From a virus (lineage: Duplodnaviria; Caudoviricetes), in IMG/VR virus record IMGVR_UViG_3300032233_001117, positions 1 to 38,917 of that record: a DNA stretch of 38,917 nt, one strand, 5' to 3'. The translations under genes were made by a program, and so were the position numbers. The notes under the pieces are model-generated. The model was not told the DNA's origin. It did not search any database and saw nothing but the letters and a program-made list of their open reading frames with translations. Below, piece after piece: positions 8,476 to 16,551 of the stretch (positions are counted from its first letter, which is position 1; every line of letters begins with the position of its first letter).

Positions 8476-8513
8476 TGTGCCTCCAGCTCGGCGGCTATGG
8501 CGAGATCAGTCAT
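8472..8513 (-). pseudogene. 13-aa mini-ORF MTDLAIAAELEAQ*, probable collapsed gene
   Basis: Exactly bridges two genes with ATGACTGA and GTGA overlaps. Confidence 0.55.
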
Positions 8514-8628
8514 TGCAACAGCACTTCAGCGTGAAACAGAGCGTCAGAGCCATCAGCGCCAGCCAGGGATGATTGCCGATCGCCAGACAGGCCGTGGCGA
8601 TCATCAGCAGCCAGATCAGGTAACCCAT
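8506..8628 (-). CDS. Small hydrophobic membrane protein (40 aa; not in ORF track)
   Basis: MGYLIWLLMIATACLAIGNHPWLALMALTLCFTLKCCCND; TGATG overlap with the ssb stop. Confidence 0.55.
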   Translation of the reverse strand: MGYLIWLLMIATACLAIGNHPWLALMALTLCFTLKCCCND

Positions 8629-8969
8629 CAGAACACGTCTTCTTCGACCTTGACGCGCGGCAGGAACTCAAACCGCTGCACGCTCAGCACATGCTTGCGG
8701 CGCTTGGTGCCGCTGTCCTTGTCCTGCCATTCCTGCATCCGCAGGTTGCCAGATACAAAGATCGAATCACCTTTCTTCAGCTTGTCCACGATGATCTCGG
8801 CGGTCTTGCCCCATGCTTCAACATCAATCGCATTGTTGATGTATTCGCCGTTCTTGTCCTTGCCTTCCTGAATGCCACCGCCGAAGTTGCAGACCATAGT
8901 GCCGCTTTCAAATGCTTTCAGCTGTGGCTCGCTAATGATGCGAACAATACCGGATGCGTAGAGACTCAT
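8628..8969 (-). CDS. ssb: Single-stranded DNA-binding protein
   Basis: VEAWGKTAE..LKKGDSIFVSGNL..WQDKDSG; acidic tail EEDVF. Confidence 0.9.
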   Translation of the reverse strand: MSLYASGIVRIISEPQLKAFESGTMVCNFGGGIQEGKDKNGEYINNAIDVEAWGKTAEIIVDKLKKGDSIFVSGNLRMQEWQDKDSGTKRRKHVLSVQRFEFLPRVKVEEDVF

Positions 8970-9178
8970 GGGTTGATTGGTGTAATGGAGTTAGATTCTT
9001 CAAAAGCCAGCACATCAGCCAGCGGATACTGCACCCGCGGCGTGCCGGCTGGCGTAGCGAGGCGCGGCAAGGTCACATAGCGTGGCCCTGAACCGCGCGC
9101 GCGCTGGCCTTTGATCGTGCTCGGCTTGACGCCCCATCGGGCGGCTAGCTGCTCAGTGGTCAGGTACGGCTCAGTCAT
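8966..9178 (-). CDS. Excisionase/AlpA-like HTH DNA-binding protein
   Basis: YLTTEQLAARWGVKPSTI..R..GSGPRY..VQYP. Confidence 0.8.
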   Translation of the reverse strand: MTEPYLTTEQLAARWGVKPSTIKGQRARGSGPRYVTLPRLATPAGTPRVQYPLADVLAFEESNSITPINP

Positions 9179-9929
9179 CATCAAATGCGCCTAAGTCAGC
9201 TGGTACGGTCAACTCAGCCTCGCGGCTAAGCGCCAGCTGCATCAGTTGCTCATTCTGCTCATCGCTCAGGTCACCCTTGCGGGCCTCCATGCGTGTGGTC
9301 ACCTTGGCTAGGTCGTCGATGGTCTTGGCCTTGGCAATGGCAGCCTTGCCAGCTGCAAACAACTTGGCATCACCGGCAGGCAATGCAGGCGCCGCAGTAA
9401 CCGTGACGGGCTGCACCTCGACCTGCTCCATCTCATCGGTGCTGTAGACGCCGCTCAGGTTGGCGGGAAATGCCTTGCGCAGTGCCAGCGCTTCAGAGCA
9501 CTTGGCAATCATCGCGGCTGGCATCTTGCTCCACAGGCCCTGGCCGGCGTTGTAATCCGCGAAGCGTGCCACGCCGATGAATGGATGAGATGAACCCTTG
9601 CGCCAGATCGTGGTCTTCGCTGCAGCCGGTGGCTTGGCGCTGAGCCATACATCAGCCCACTGGCCATCATCACCGCACCATTCGGTGTGGCTGCCGTCCA
9701 GCTCGCCGGTGCGCTCAGCAATGGCGCGCAGCCCGTCGATGCCGGCCTGAATGGTCATCTTGCCGCCACGCTTAATGGCATAGATCTGCTTTGAGAACGG
9801 GTCCAGGCCAGTGCGCTGGCAGGCGTAGGCGAACAACCGCAGCTCGTCGCTGCTGCACCCGGGCGCGATGGTGGTAGCGATCAGCTGCGTCTGCTCTGGT
9901 GTCCAGAGCGCAAGGGAGCTAGAAGTCAT
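9171..9929 (-). CDS. bet: Bet/RecT-family single-strand annealing protein
   Basis: GLDPFSKQIYAIKRGG, IDGLRAIAERTG, WSKMPAAMIAKCSEALALRKAFP. Confidence 0.92.
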   Translation of the reverse strand: MTSSSLALWTPEQTQLIATTIAPGCSSDELRLFAYACQRTGLDPFSKQIYAIKRGGKMTIQAGIDGLRAIAERTGELDGSHTEWCGDDGQWADVWLSAKPPAAAKTTIWRKGSSHPFIGVARFADYNAGQGLWSKMPAAMIAKCSEALALRKAFPANLSGVYSTDEMEQVEVQPVTVTAAPALPAGDAKLFAAGKAAIAKAKTIDDLAKVTTRMEARKGDLSDEQNEQLMQLALSREAELTVPADLGAFDDD

Positions 9930-10701
9930 CGGATGTGATGGTGTCAGAGGTCTGCAGTGCCCACCGCGGCAGGCTGATGGTCTGCGTGCTGTAGCCGGGC
10001 CATTCGCTGATCGCGCGGCAGTCGGCGATGGTGTCTAGGTTCTGCCGCCGCAGCACGATGGCATGATCCATGGCGTCGTTGTCGAGCTCGTAGACGCCAA
10101 CCGCAAACGGGTAGGTCTTCTCGACTGCGATGAACACAAACCGCCGCGCGAAGGTGCCGGCCTGGTAGTGATCGGCCTGTACGTGGTACCGCCAGTGCGC
10201 CACCGACCTGGCAAAGCCAGCAGGGCTGGCATCGGTGGTGGTCTTGAGATCCACCAGCGTGTCATTCGTCATCCAATCCGGGCGGCACTTGCAGCGCAGG
10301 CCGCTGATCGCGTCATCCCACCAGAAGGACTGCTCAGCCTTGCCGGTCTTGAGCAGGGCGGCAGCATCAGGATGGCTGCGCACGCTGGCGCTCATGGCCA
10401 TGGCCTGCTCCATGTCGGCGGCTGATACCGGCTCGATACCGGCGGCTTCCATCTCAGCAGCGGCGGCCTTGCCTTCCTTGGTGCGGCGATCGGGCGCAAT
10501 GCCGTAGCGCGCGCTCAGCTCGTCAGGCTCAAGCACCGCGCAATGCACAAGGGTGCCAAGGCGCATGGCCGCAGTGGGCGGCACCACCGGGCGGTTCGGA
10601 TCAATGAACCGCTTCCAGTAGTGATAGGGGCTGGCGGCAACCGCGTGCAGGTGGCTGGCGCTGATCGCCGGGTCGGCATGGTATTCGGCGTTGCTGGTCA
10701 T
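9919..10701 (-). CDS. RecE/exonuclease VIII-like PD-(D/E)XK nuclease
   Basis: YHADPAISAS, GTLVHCAVLEP, CKCRPDW..VDLKTT, YHVQADHY; adjacent to bet. Confidence 0.9.
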   Translation of the reverse strand: MTSNAEYHADPAISASHLHAVAASPYHYWKRFIDPNRPVVPPTAAMRLGTLVHCAVLEPDELSARYGIAPDRRTKEGKAAAAEMEAAGIEPVSAADMEQAMAMSASVRSHPDAAALLKTGKAEQSFWWDDAISGLRCKCRPDWMTNDTLVDLKTTTDASPAGFARSVAHWRYHVQADHYQAGTFARRFVFIAVEKTYPFAVGVYELDNDAMDHAIVLRRQNLDTIADCRAISEWPGYSTQTISLPRWALQTSDTITSDDF

Positions 10702-10892
10702 GCGTTACCTCGCGCTTGGCGGTGGAGGAACGTCTGCGGGCCGTAGCACTGCTGCAGCTCCGGGAATGCCAGCAGCAGGCGCTGGCGGTTGCTGGGGTCA
10801 GCATGGAGCCCAGCATCAGCAAGGCGCCGCATGAAGCCACCGCCGTATGCGATGGCAGCCTGCAACGTCCAGTAGGAATCAGATGAGGTCAT
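10698..10892 (-). CDS. Hypothetical phage protein
   Basis: YGGGFMRRLADA..ADPSN..LLLAFPE; ATGA coupling at both ends. Confidence 0.65.
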   Translation of the reverse strand: MTSSDSYWTLQAAIAYGGGFMRRLADAGLHADPSNRQRLLLAFPELQQCYGPQTFLHRQARGNA

Positions 10893-11005
10893 TTGCGGAT
10901 GTAGGACTGCGTGCCGGAATGAGTGGCGGGTGGAATGTCGGCGGCCTGAATGCCAATGAATGCAAAGGCGGCCGCGGCGATCAGGAAGCAGATTGCGTTG
11001 CTCAT
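10889..11005 (-). CDS. Small membrane/secreted peptide (38 aa; not in ORF track)
   Basis: MSNAICFLIAAAAFAFIGIQAADIPPATHSGTQSYIRK; ATGA overlaps at both ends. Confidence 0.55.
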   Translation of the reverse strand: MSNAICFLIAAAAFAFIGIQAADIPPATHSGTQSYIRK

Positions 11006-11178
11006 GCCAGCACCTTGCGGACGGCGTAACGGCTGCAGCACAGCCGATCAGCGATGCACCGCTGGCTCATGCCTTGCTTGTACCAGCGGCGGATGCGCTG
11101 CTCGCGGCTCTCGGTGAGCCAGAGGATGACGGCTACCACCAGCAGCAGGGGCAGCAGCAGCCAGAGAATCAGATCCAT
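11002..11178 (-). CDS. N-terminal TM helix plus HTH protein (58 aa)
   Basis: Hydrophobic MDLILWLLLPLLLVVAVILWL then IRRWYKQGMSQRCIADRLCCSRYAVRKVL. Confidence 0.65.
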   Translation of the reverse strand: MDLILWLLLPLLLVVAVILWLTESREQRIRRWYKQGMSQRCIADRLCCSRYAVRKVLA

Positions 11179-11221
11179 GGTTGGGGTCGCAATGAAGGCG
11201 GGACTCTCGCCCCGTGCAACC

Positions 11222-11249
11222 ATCATACACCGTGCGCATCCCCTGTCAA
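11222..11249 (-). promoter_or_regulatory. Sigma70-like early promoter
   Basis: TTGACA (11249-11244), 16-nt spacer, TATGAT (11227-11222) on the minus strand, upstream of the recombination operon. Confidence 0.7.
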
Positions 11250-11576
11250 CCGTGCCGCATCCTCGACGCTGCGCGCGACGCCAGCAATGCCGCCTGCTGC
11301 CTGCACGGCCTCCAGCCATTGCCGCTGTTCCGGCCGCAGTCGTCCAGTGGCGCTCTTCACCTCGATGCTGGTGAACACCGCCACCTGCTGACCCACCATG
11401 TCTGGTGTGATCGTGACCGTGCGCCAGCCGATCAGGTCAGCGCTGCCAACCGCCAGGCCGAACTGCACCGGGCGGCCATGCTGATCCCGCAGCGTGCCGG
11501 TGTTATTGCGAAACAGCCTGGTGCTACCGGTGCTGCAGGTCAGGCGGATATGTTGCTGGATTTGCTGCTCGGTCAC
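11223..11576 (-). CDS. VRR-NUC domain nuclease
   Basis: EQQIQ..LFRNNTG..GSADLIG..IEVKSATGRLRPEQRQW; start moved to GTG 11576 (GTGA overlap). Confidence 0.88.
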   Translation of the reverse strand: MTEQQIQQHIRLTCSTGSTRLFRNNTGTLRDQHGRPVQFGLAVGSADLIGWRTVTITPDMVGQQVAVFTSIEVKSATGRLRPEQRQWLEAVQAAGGIAGVARSVEDAARLTGDAHGV

Positions 11577-12364
11577 GTCATGCAGTAGCCGGACTCGCAA
11601 CCATCTTGCTCGTCCAGCCAAGATGGAAACAACCCAAGCTGATCTGGGATTGCAACGGATAGCGGCTTGCATCGTCCACTTATGAAAACTTGATCTTTGC
11701 CAATGGCTGTGCGCTTGGCGTTCAGCATTTCTTCAAGCTGAATCACCCGCTCAAATAGATCTGGCCGTTCTTGCCTCATCGTGATCCATTGGTCAGTGGT
11801 TTTGTATGGGCAGAACCAGCACGATGACTTCGGCGGCTGCGGCAATCCAGCTTCCGCCACCAAGCGCAAACAATCTTGACGGCTCAGACCCAACTCCATC
11901 AACGGGTAAGCGCTGGTGTAACCATCAGATTCGCGGCTTGGCGTGGCGCGGTGTGGTTCGTCGGTGCTGATGCCCTTCCCAAGGATGCAGCCCGGTGCGT
12001 TGCGTTTGATCCATCGCGTAATGGGTTTGATCTTGAACTCCACTGTGCAGTTGCGGTTACCTGGCGCTCCATTGGCCATCCGCACCGGAATGTCTATGGA
12101 TCGGATGGGGCGATGCAGATGCTCGTAAAGGTCTACTGGCGTGCCGTCTCGCCGCTTGCGTTGCAAGTCAACCCATTCGATGCCGTGTTTGGCAGCGTAT
12201 GGCTTAAGCACTTTTGGAATGTATTCAATAGTGTCAGGCGATTCGGCCTGATCGCCAACATTGGCAAACACAAAGGTGCGATAGAGAATGCGGCCTTGAG
12301 CAGCTAGCACCAGGCAAGCAGTGGATTGAACGCCGCCGCCGCAAGAAAAGATGTGTGTCGTCAT
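11573..12364 (-). CDS. PAPS-reductase-like PP-loop (adenine nucleotide alpha hydrolase) protein with Cys cluster
   Basis: SCGGGVQS loop, FANVG..E, CTVEFKIKPI, GISTDE..R, YPL, KSSCWFCPY, CESGYC. Confidence 0.8.
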   Translation of the reverse strand: MTTHIFSCGGGVQSTACLVLAAQGRILYRTFVFANVGDQAESPDTIEYIPKVLKPYAAKHGIEWVDLQRKRRDGTPVDLYEHLHRPIRSIDIPVRMANGAPGNRNCTVEFKIKPITRWIKRNAPGCILGKGISTDEPHRATPSRESDGYTSAYPLMELGLSRQDCLRLVAEAGLPQPPKSSCWFCPYKTTDQWITMRQERPDLFERVIQLEEMLNAKRTAIGKDQVFISGRCKPLSVAIPDQLGLFPSWLDEQDGCESGYCMT

Positions 12365-13704
12365 CCGCCATGCCTCTTAAGCAACCTAGCCTGGTACACC
12401 CGCTCAGCCCAGCCGCGTTTGTAGCCGCGCTGCTGCGCTAGTTGGCGGAGGTCGTCGAGGGACTGCGCGGTGCCTTGCTGGCGTTTGCGTTGGCGGGCGG
12501 CCATCTCGACCAGCTCGCCATCCACCTGCTCCAGCTCGCGCACCTCAGCGGCGAATGTATGCCCGCACTCGCCGCACACCCGCGCCTGGCTGGCCATTGC
12601 GGCGTAGCACTTGGGGCATACCTTCACCGATGGCGCCTTCTCGCGGTCTTGCTTCTTGAGCCCCTCTAGCGTCCACTCGCGTGGCTCCAAGTGGTGGCCC
12701 AGCCGCAGGCAGTTGCCTACATGGTCGAGCACCACAGCCACCTTGCTGCCGGATGGCCGCAGGCACCGGCCGATCATCTGCAGGTGGAGGCCCACGCTGG
12801 CCGTAGGCCGCAGCAGGATGCAGCCGCCGACGCTTGGCACATCCACGCCTTCACCAATCAATGCGCAGGAAGTCAGTACCTTGATCTTGTTAGCGCCCAG
12901 CTGTTTCAGCAGGTGGCGCCTGGTGACGGCATCCATGGTGCCGTCGATGCTGGCGGCAGCAATGCCGCTGGCATTAAACAATGCCGCCACTGCCTCGGCG
13001 TGCGCCACGCTGCAGCAGAATGCGATGGCGGTCTGGCCGCTCAGGTGCTGCCGGTAGTGGCTCACGCAGTCGCCATGGATTGCGCGCACCTGCTGCTCCG
13101 CATCGCGTTGATCGAAGTCACCCATCCGTTTGCGCATCCCGGCAGCGCTGAAGCCCGGCGGTGCCAGCACCCGCGCAGCCGCCAGGTAGCCGTTGTCGGT
13201 CAGCCACTGCGCACTCGGTCCTTCAACCATGGCCTGGTAATGCTCGCCAAGGCCGCGGCTATCGCCACGAATCGGCGTTGCCGTCACCCCTAGCAGCTTG
13301 GCGGTGCTGAAGTGCTCCAGCGTCCGCGCCCACGTGCCAGCCGTGGTGTGATGGGCCTCATCCACCACGATCAACTGGAACATATCCCGCGGCAGCCGGT
13401 GCAGCCGCCGCGCCACGGTTTGCACGCTGGCCACCTGCACCGCATGGCTCAAGTCCATGGCGCGATTGGCGGCGATGATGCCATGGTGCATCGGCAGGCT
13501 GCGGCTGGCCTGATCCAGCAGCTCCGCGCGATGCACAAGGATCAGCACTCGATTGCCCTTGCGGCTGGCGGCATCGGCGATGTAGGCAAAGCACACGGTC
13601 TTGCCGCCGCCAGTGGGCAGCACCGCCAGCACGCTGCGCTTGCCCAGCTGATACTGCAAGCGGATGTCAGTCACCAGCTGCTGCTGGTAAGGGCGGAGGG
13701 TCAT
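12361..13704 (-). CDS. SF2 (DEAH) helicase with C-terminal zinc ribbon
   Basis: LRPYQ, PTGGGKT, DEAHH, TAT, EGVDVP, QMIGRCLR, CPKC..CGEC; start at ATG 13704 (ATGA overlap). Confidence 0.93.
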   Translation of the reverse strand: MTLRPYQQQLVTDIRLQYQLGKRSVLAVLPTGGGKTVCFAYIADAASRKGNRVLILVHRAELLDQASRSLPMHHGIIAANRAMDLSHAVQVASVQTVARRLHRLPRDMFQLIVVDEAHHTTAGTWARTLEHFSTAKLLGVTATPIRGDSRGLGEHYQAMVEGPSAQWLTDNGYLAAARVLAPPGFSAAGMRKRMGDFDQRDAEQQVRAIHGDCVSHYRQHLSGQTAIAFCCSVAHAEAVAALFNASGIAAASIDGTMDAVTRRHLLKQLGANKIKVLTSCALIGEGVDVPSVGGCILLRPTASVGLHLQMIGRCLRPSGSKVAVVLDHVGNCLRLGHHLEPREWTLEGLKKQDREKAPSVKVCPKCYAAMASQARVCGECGHTFAAEVRELEQVDGELVEMAARQRKRQQGTAQSLDDLRQLAQQRGYKRGWAERVYQARLLKRHGG

Positions 13705-14033
13705 AGCGGCAACTCCAACTGTGTGCCATCCGCGGGGGCACCATGCAGAGCTATCTGAGCCATGGTTACGGCGCGGCGCTGGCGGTCGTATGCAGGGCGC
13801 GCATAACCCAGTTGGTATAGGTGCAGGTCGTTCTGCAATAACGCCATTGCAACGGCCCGCCATGATGGCGCACGGCCTGACGCTGCAACCTTTGCAGGCA
13901 CCTCATCGGGAATCTCGTGCGAATAACAGCGGGTTTTCCACGTCCGCACGTATTCCGAGACTCTGGCGGTAGCGCATTTCCCAGGCGCGAATGGCTCGAT
14001 CCGCTTGTCGGTTCGCCAATGTCCGTTGCTCAT
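13701..14033 (-). CDS. Small protein resembling the IbrA/DUF3440 C-terminal domain
   Basis: IPDE..APSWRAVAMALLQNDLHLYQLG aligns by eye with VTSWKRFAITVLKNDHTCKYLG of 15235-16551. Confidence 0.6.
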   Translation of the reverse strand: MSNGHWRTDKRIEPFAPGKCATARVSEYVRTWKTRCYSHEIPDEVPAKVAASGRAPSWRAVAMALLQNDLHLYQLGYARPAYDRQRRAVTMAQIALHGAPADGTQLELPL

Positions 14034-14334
14034 CGGTCAAAAGTCCCCATGCTTGTCTGGTGATGTCTTCAGGGCATCGAAGGGCCAGTGAGCAAGCTGC
14101 GTGTCCGATCCATGCCTTGCGGTTGAGGTTGTAGTCAGTCAGTGCATTGATGCAGCTGTTGGGCCATTCCACGGTGACCCGTTGCATGTAGCGCCCGTAA
14201 AGTCGGTGATTGCCGGTAAAGATCTCGGCCCTTTGCAGGAAGAGGCGGCGATTAGCTACCTCGCCCCACATGTTGAAACCGATCTCTTCCCAAGTGTCAA
14301 TCGGCAGCCAAATCCTCTTCAGCTTCACGCTCAA
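13903..14334 (-). CDS. Trp-rich hypothetical protein of the Ibr cassette
   Basis: WEE..NMW, EWPNSC..ALT..NRKAWIGHAAC..PEDITRQAW; start may be GTG 14328. Confidence 0.7.
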   Translation of the reverse strand: MSVKLKRIWLPIDTWEEIGFNMWGEVANRRLFLQRAEIFTGNHRLYGRYMQRVTVEWPNSCINALTDYNLNRKAWIGHAACSLALRCPEDITRQAWGLLTDEQRTLANRQADRAIRAWEMRYRQSLGIRADVENPLLFARDSR

Positions 14335-15238
14335 GATCCTCCGTCACGTTGTCAATCTGTTCAACATCCCACGCCCTGCTGAAGTCTTTGCTTAGGAACA
14401 AGGACGCCAACCCTGTCACTTGCTTAAGGCGCAGCAGTTCATCTGGGCTCATGCCAATGTGCTTACAGATCCATGCATCGCCTTTGCCCATCTCAATTAG
14501 CTCGGCAACGATCACGCTCATCAGCTCAATATTGTGCGAGCCGCGGGCACGGTTGTGGCGGATCGTTGAAGCCATGCGGTCGTGCAACTCTTTGCGCAGC
14601 ACTACCACTGGCAAGCGGCCGCCTTCGCGTTCACGGATGCGCTGACTGTTCTTCAACGTGAGATAACGGTGAAAACCGTCAACGACCACGTATAAGTCAC
14701 GCTCGGCATCATGCACGACAACGACAGGCTGCGTGTAGCCATCTTCCCAGATTGACGTTTCCAGTAGCGCCATTTCAGGCGGCGCCACAGAGTTCGGGTT
14801 GTAATCGTTGGCGGTAACTTTCTCGATAGGAATACTGCGTACGGAGTAAACCGGGGATCGCCAAGGGTATGAATCGTTTTCATCGTGAAGTTCGTTTCCT
14901 TTAAGGGGCGGATTGAAAACGCAAATCAAGACGGTGGGCTCAAGTGCTTCAAAAGTGTGAGCATCATGCTTGTCGAGCACGTAGGTTATATCTGATGCAA
15001 CAGCGTAGTACTCTTTCGTGGCTTCATTGATCAACAAGCCTTTGCCGCTGACGCAATAGCAGGTTTCAAGGTGGTGCTGATAGTGCCAACGATGCGGCTT
15101 GCCTGGATGCACGATTGTCTTGGTCATGCTGTATCCCATGCCATCCGTTTCAACAACAAGGCGATGGCTAGTGAATCCGCCGCGAGGGCATTGCACAACA
15201 CGGTCGGCAGGCAGTTGAGCGGCGTTAAGGATTTTCAT
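14297..15238 (-). CDS. Fusion of ectoine-synthase (EctC)-like cupin (aa 1-125) and IbrB/ParB-Srx domain
   Basis: DGMGYS, HYQHHLETCYC..GKG, YVLDKHDAH, CVFNPPLKGNELHDE..Y (EctC); ANDYNPNSVAPPEM..DGYTQPVV..VVDGFHRY..STIRHNRARGSH (IbrB). Confidence 0.85.
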   Translation of the reverse strand: MKILNAAQLPADRVVQCPRGGFTSHRLVVETDGMGYSMTKTIVHPGKPHRWHYQHHLETCYCVSGKGLLINEATKEYYAVASDITYVLDKHDAHTFEALEPTVLICVFNPPLKGNELHDENDSYPWRSPVYSVRSIPIEKVTANDYNPNSVAPPEMALLETSIWEDGYTQPVVVVHDAERDLYVVVDGFHRYLTLKNSQRIREREGGRLPVVVLRKELHDRMASTIRHNRARGSHNIELMSVIVAELIEMGKGDAWICKHIGMSPDELLRLKQVTGLASLFLSKDFSRAWDVEQIDNVTEDLEREAEEDLAAD

Positions 15239-16551
15239 TTGGCAAAACGGTTAAGGACTTGGCTGTACTTGCGCTGAATTGACCTTTGCCGACGTTGTTG
15301 TTCTTGTGTTGGGGCCAGGCCAAGGTATTTGCAGGTGTGGTCGTTTTTAAGAACGGTAATAGCAAAGCGCTTCCACGACGTGACCATGCTGTTATGGCAT
15401 GGCAGATCATCAAGATGATCAGGTGGCACTTTGATCACAACGCGCCGTAGGTTATTGCCACCGTGGCGCGTTGTGCCATTGATATAAAAGCGAGTGCCGA
15501 TATGTTGCAGGGCATCAATGATGTAATCAGGAAGGCCGCGCCCCACTCGCCCCCAGTAACGGATTGACTGAATGAAGCGCTGCTTAAAATTTGCACTGGA
15601 CTGATCAGGCAAAGTGGCCAACAGAAATTTCACAAAGGATTTCCAAGTGTGACCGGCTGGCAGCTTGAAGGATTTGTAATCAAGCTGTTTGCCATAGGTG
15701 GCCATGAAGTTAGCTCCGCCAACGCGCGCGCAAAGCCGGGCCCATACCTGAGGGTCAATTACTCGGTACATTGCTAGGCTTGACTTTGACTCTGACATAA
15801 ATGGCGAAGCAACTCGCATCTTTTTGATGGGAATGCCAGCCATGTAGAACACGTCGTAGAGATTGTTGTAATCCCAGCCAAATTTGGCGTTTGCGGTCCA
15901 AATATCCTCGGTGCGCCAGTCGTAGATCGGATAGCAGTTGTAGGTGTGCGCCGTGTTTTTCTTGGTCCACATTCGGCCAAGCATCGTCTCTTTGTCTTGA
16001 TTCAGAATGGCGCGAAAACGATTAAGCGATTCAACGGTGCGGATTCCGATCAGGTTGGCGCATGACTGGCCTTGGCTGTACCACTCCGCGAACATGTCCC
16101 AAAAGGTGGCGTAGTCCATGTTTTCAATGAACAAGTCACCAAATGGATGATTCTGAAAGTTAACAATGTAATCATCCTTTGGCATAGGGCGAATCCAACG
16201 ATGTTGATCCTGTTCGCCCCAACACTGCCAATCAATTTCGTAAGAGGATACGGTGCAAGGAAGAGTGATGGGCAGGCAGCACCAGTAGATTTCAAGAATG
16301 TCCCGATTGGCTTGAAGAATGCGATGCATGAACTCTTCGCTATGCGTGTAGTTCGCTTCGTTATCCATGATTTGAACGCCAATTTTGCGCTCAATACCAC
16401 GGGCGCGAACATAGTCAATAACAAGATTTAAGAGGGCACCCGAGTCTTTGCCGCCTGAAAAAGAAACGTAAATACGCTCAAAATTGGCAAAGATAAAATC
16501 CAAGCGCTCAATGGAAGCGTCATAGACGCTGGTGTCTAAATAGGTTCTCAT
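15235..16551 (-). CDS. ibrA: IbrA-like PAPS-reductase family protein with DUF3440
   Basis: VSFSGGKDS PP-loop, YWCCLP, GIRTVESLNR, YPIYDWRTEDIW, MRVASPF, RVGGANF, SWKRF..LKND. Confidence 0.85.
   Translation of the reverse strand: MRTYLDTSVYDASIERLDFIFANFERIYVSFSGGKDSGALLNLVIDYVRARGIERKIGVQIMDNEANYTHSEEFMHRILQANRDILEIYWCCLPITLPCTVSSYEIDWQCWGEQDQHRWIRPMPKDDYIVNFQNHPFGDLFIENMDYATFWDMFAEWYSQGQSCANLIGIRTVESLNRFRAILNQDKETMLGRMWTKKNTAHTYNCYPIYDWRTEDIWTANAKFGWDYNNLYDVFYMAGIPIKKMRVASPFMSESKSSLAMYRVIDPQVWARLCARVGGANFMATYGKQLDYKSFKLPAGHTWKSFVKFLLATLPDQSSANFKQRFIQSIRYWGRVGRGLPDYIIDALQHIGTRFYINGTTRHGGNNLRRVVIKVPPDHLDDLPCHNSMVTSWKRFAITVLKNDHTCKYLGLAPTQEQQRRQRSIQRKYSQVLNRFAK

Noticed and set aside
13705-13863. 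N-terminal extension of the helicase given in the ORF track
   Set aside because: The conserved LRPYQ start and the ATGA overlap place the start at 13704
14297-14860. Plasmid-prophage partition ParB
   Set aside because: Motifs are IbrB-type, the gene is coupled to ibrA, and there is no ParA
14864-15238. Ectoine biosynthesis auxiliary metabolic gene
   Set aside because: No ectA/ectB, the domain is fused to ParB, and a substrate-site Trp appears substituted; not excluded but unsupported
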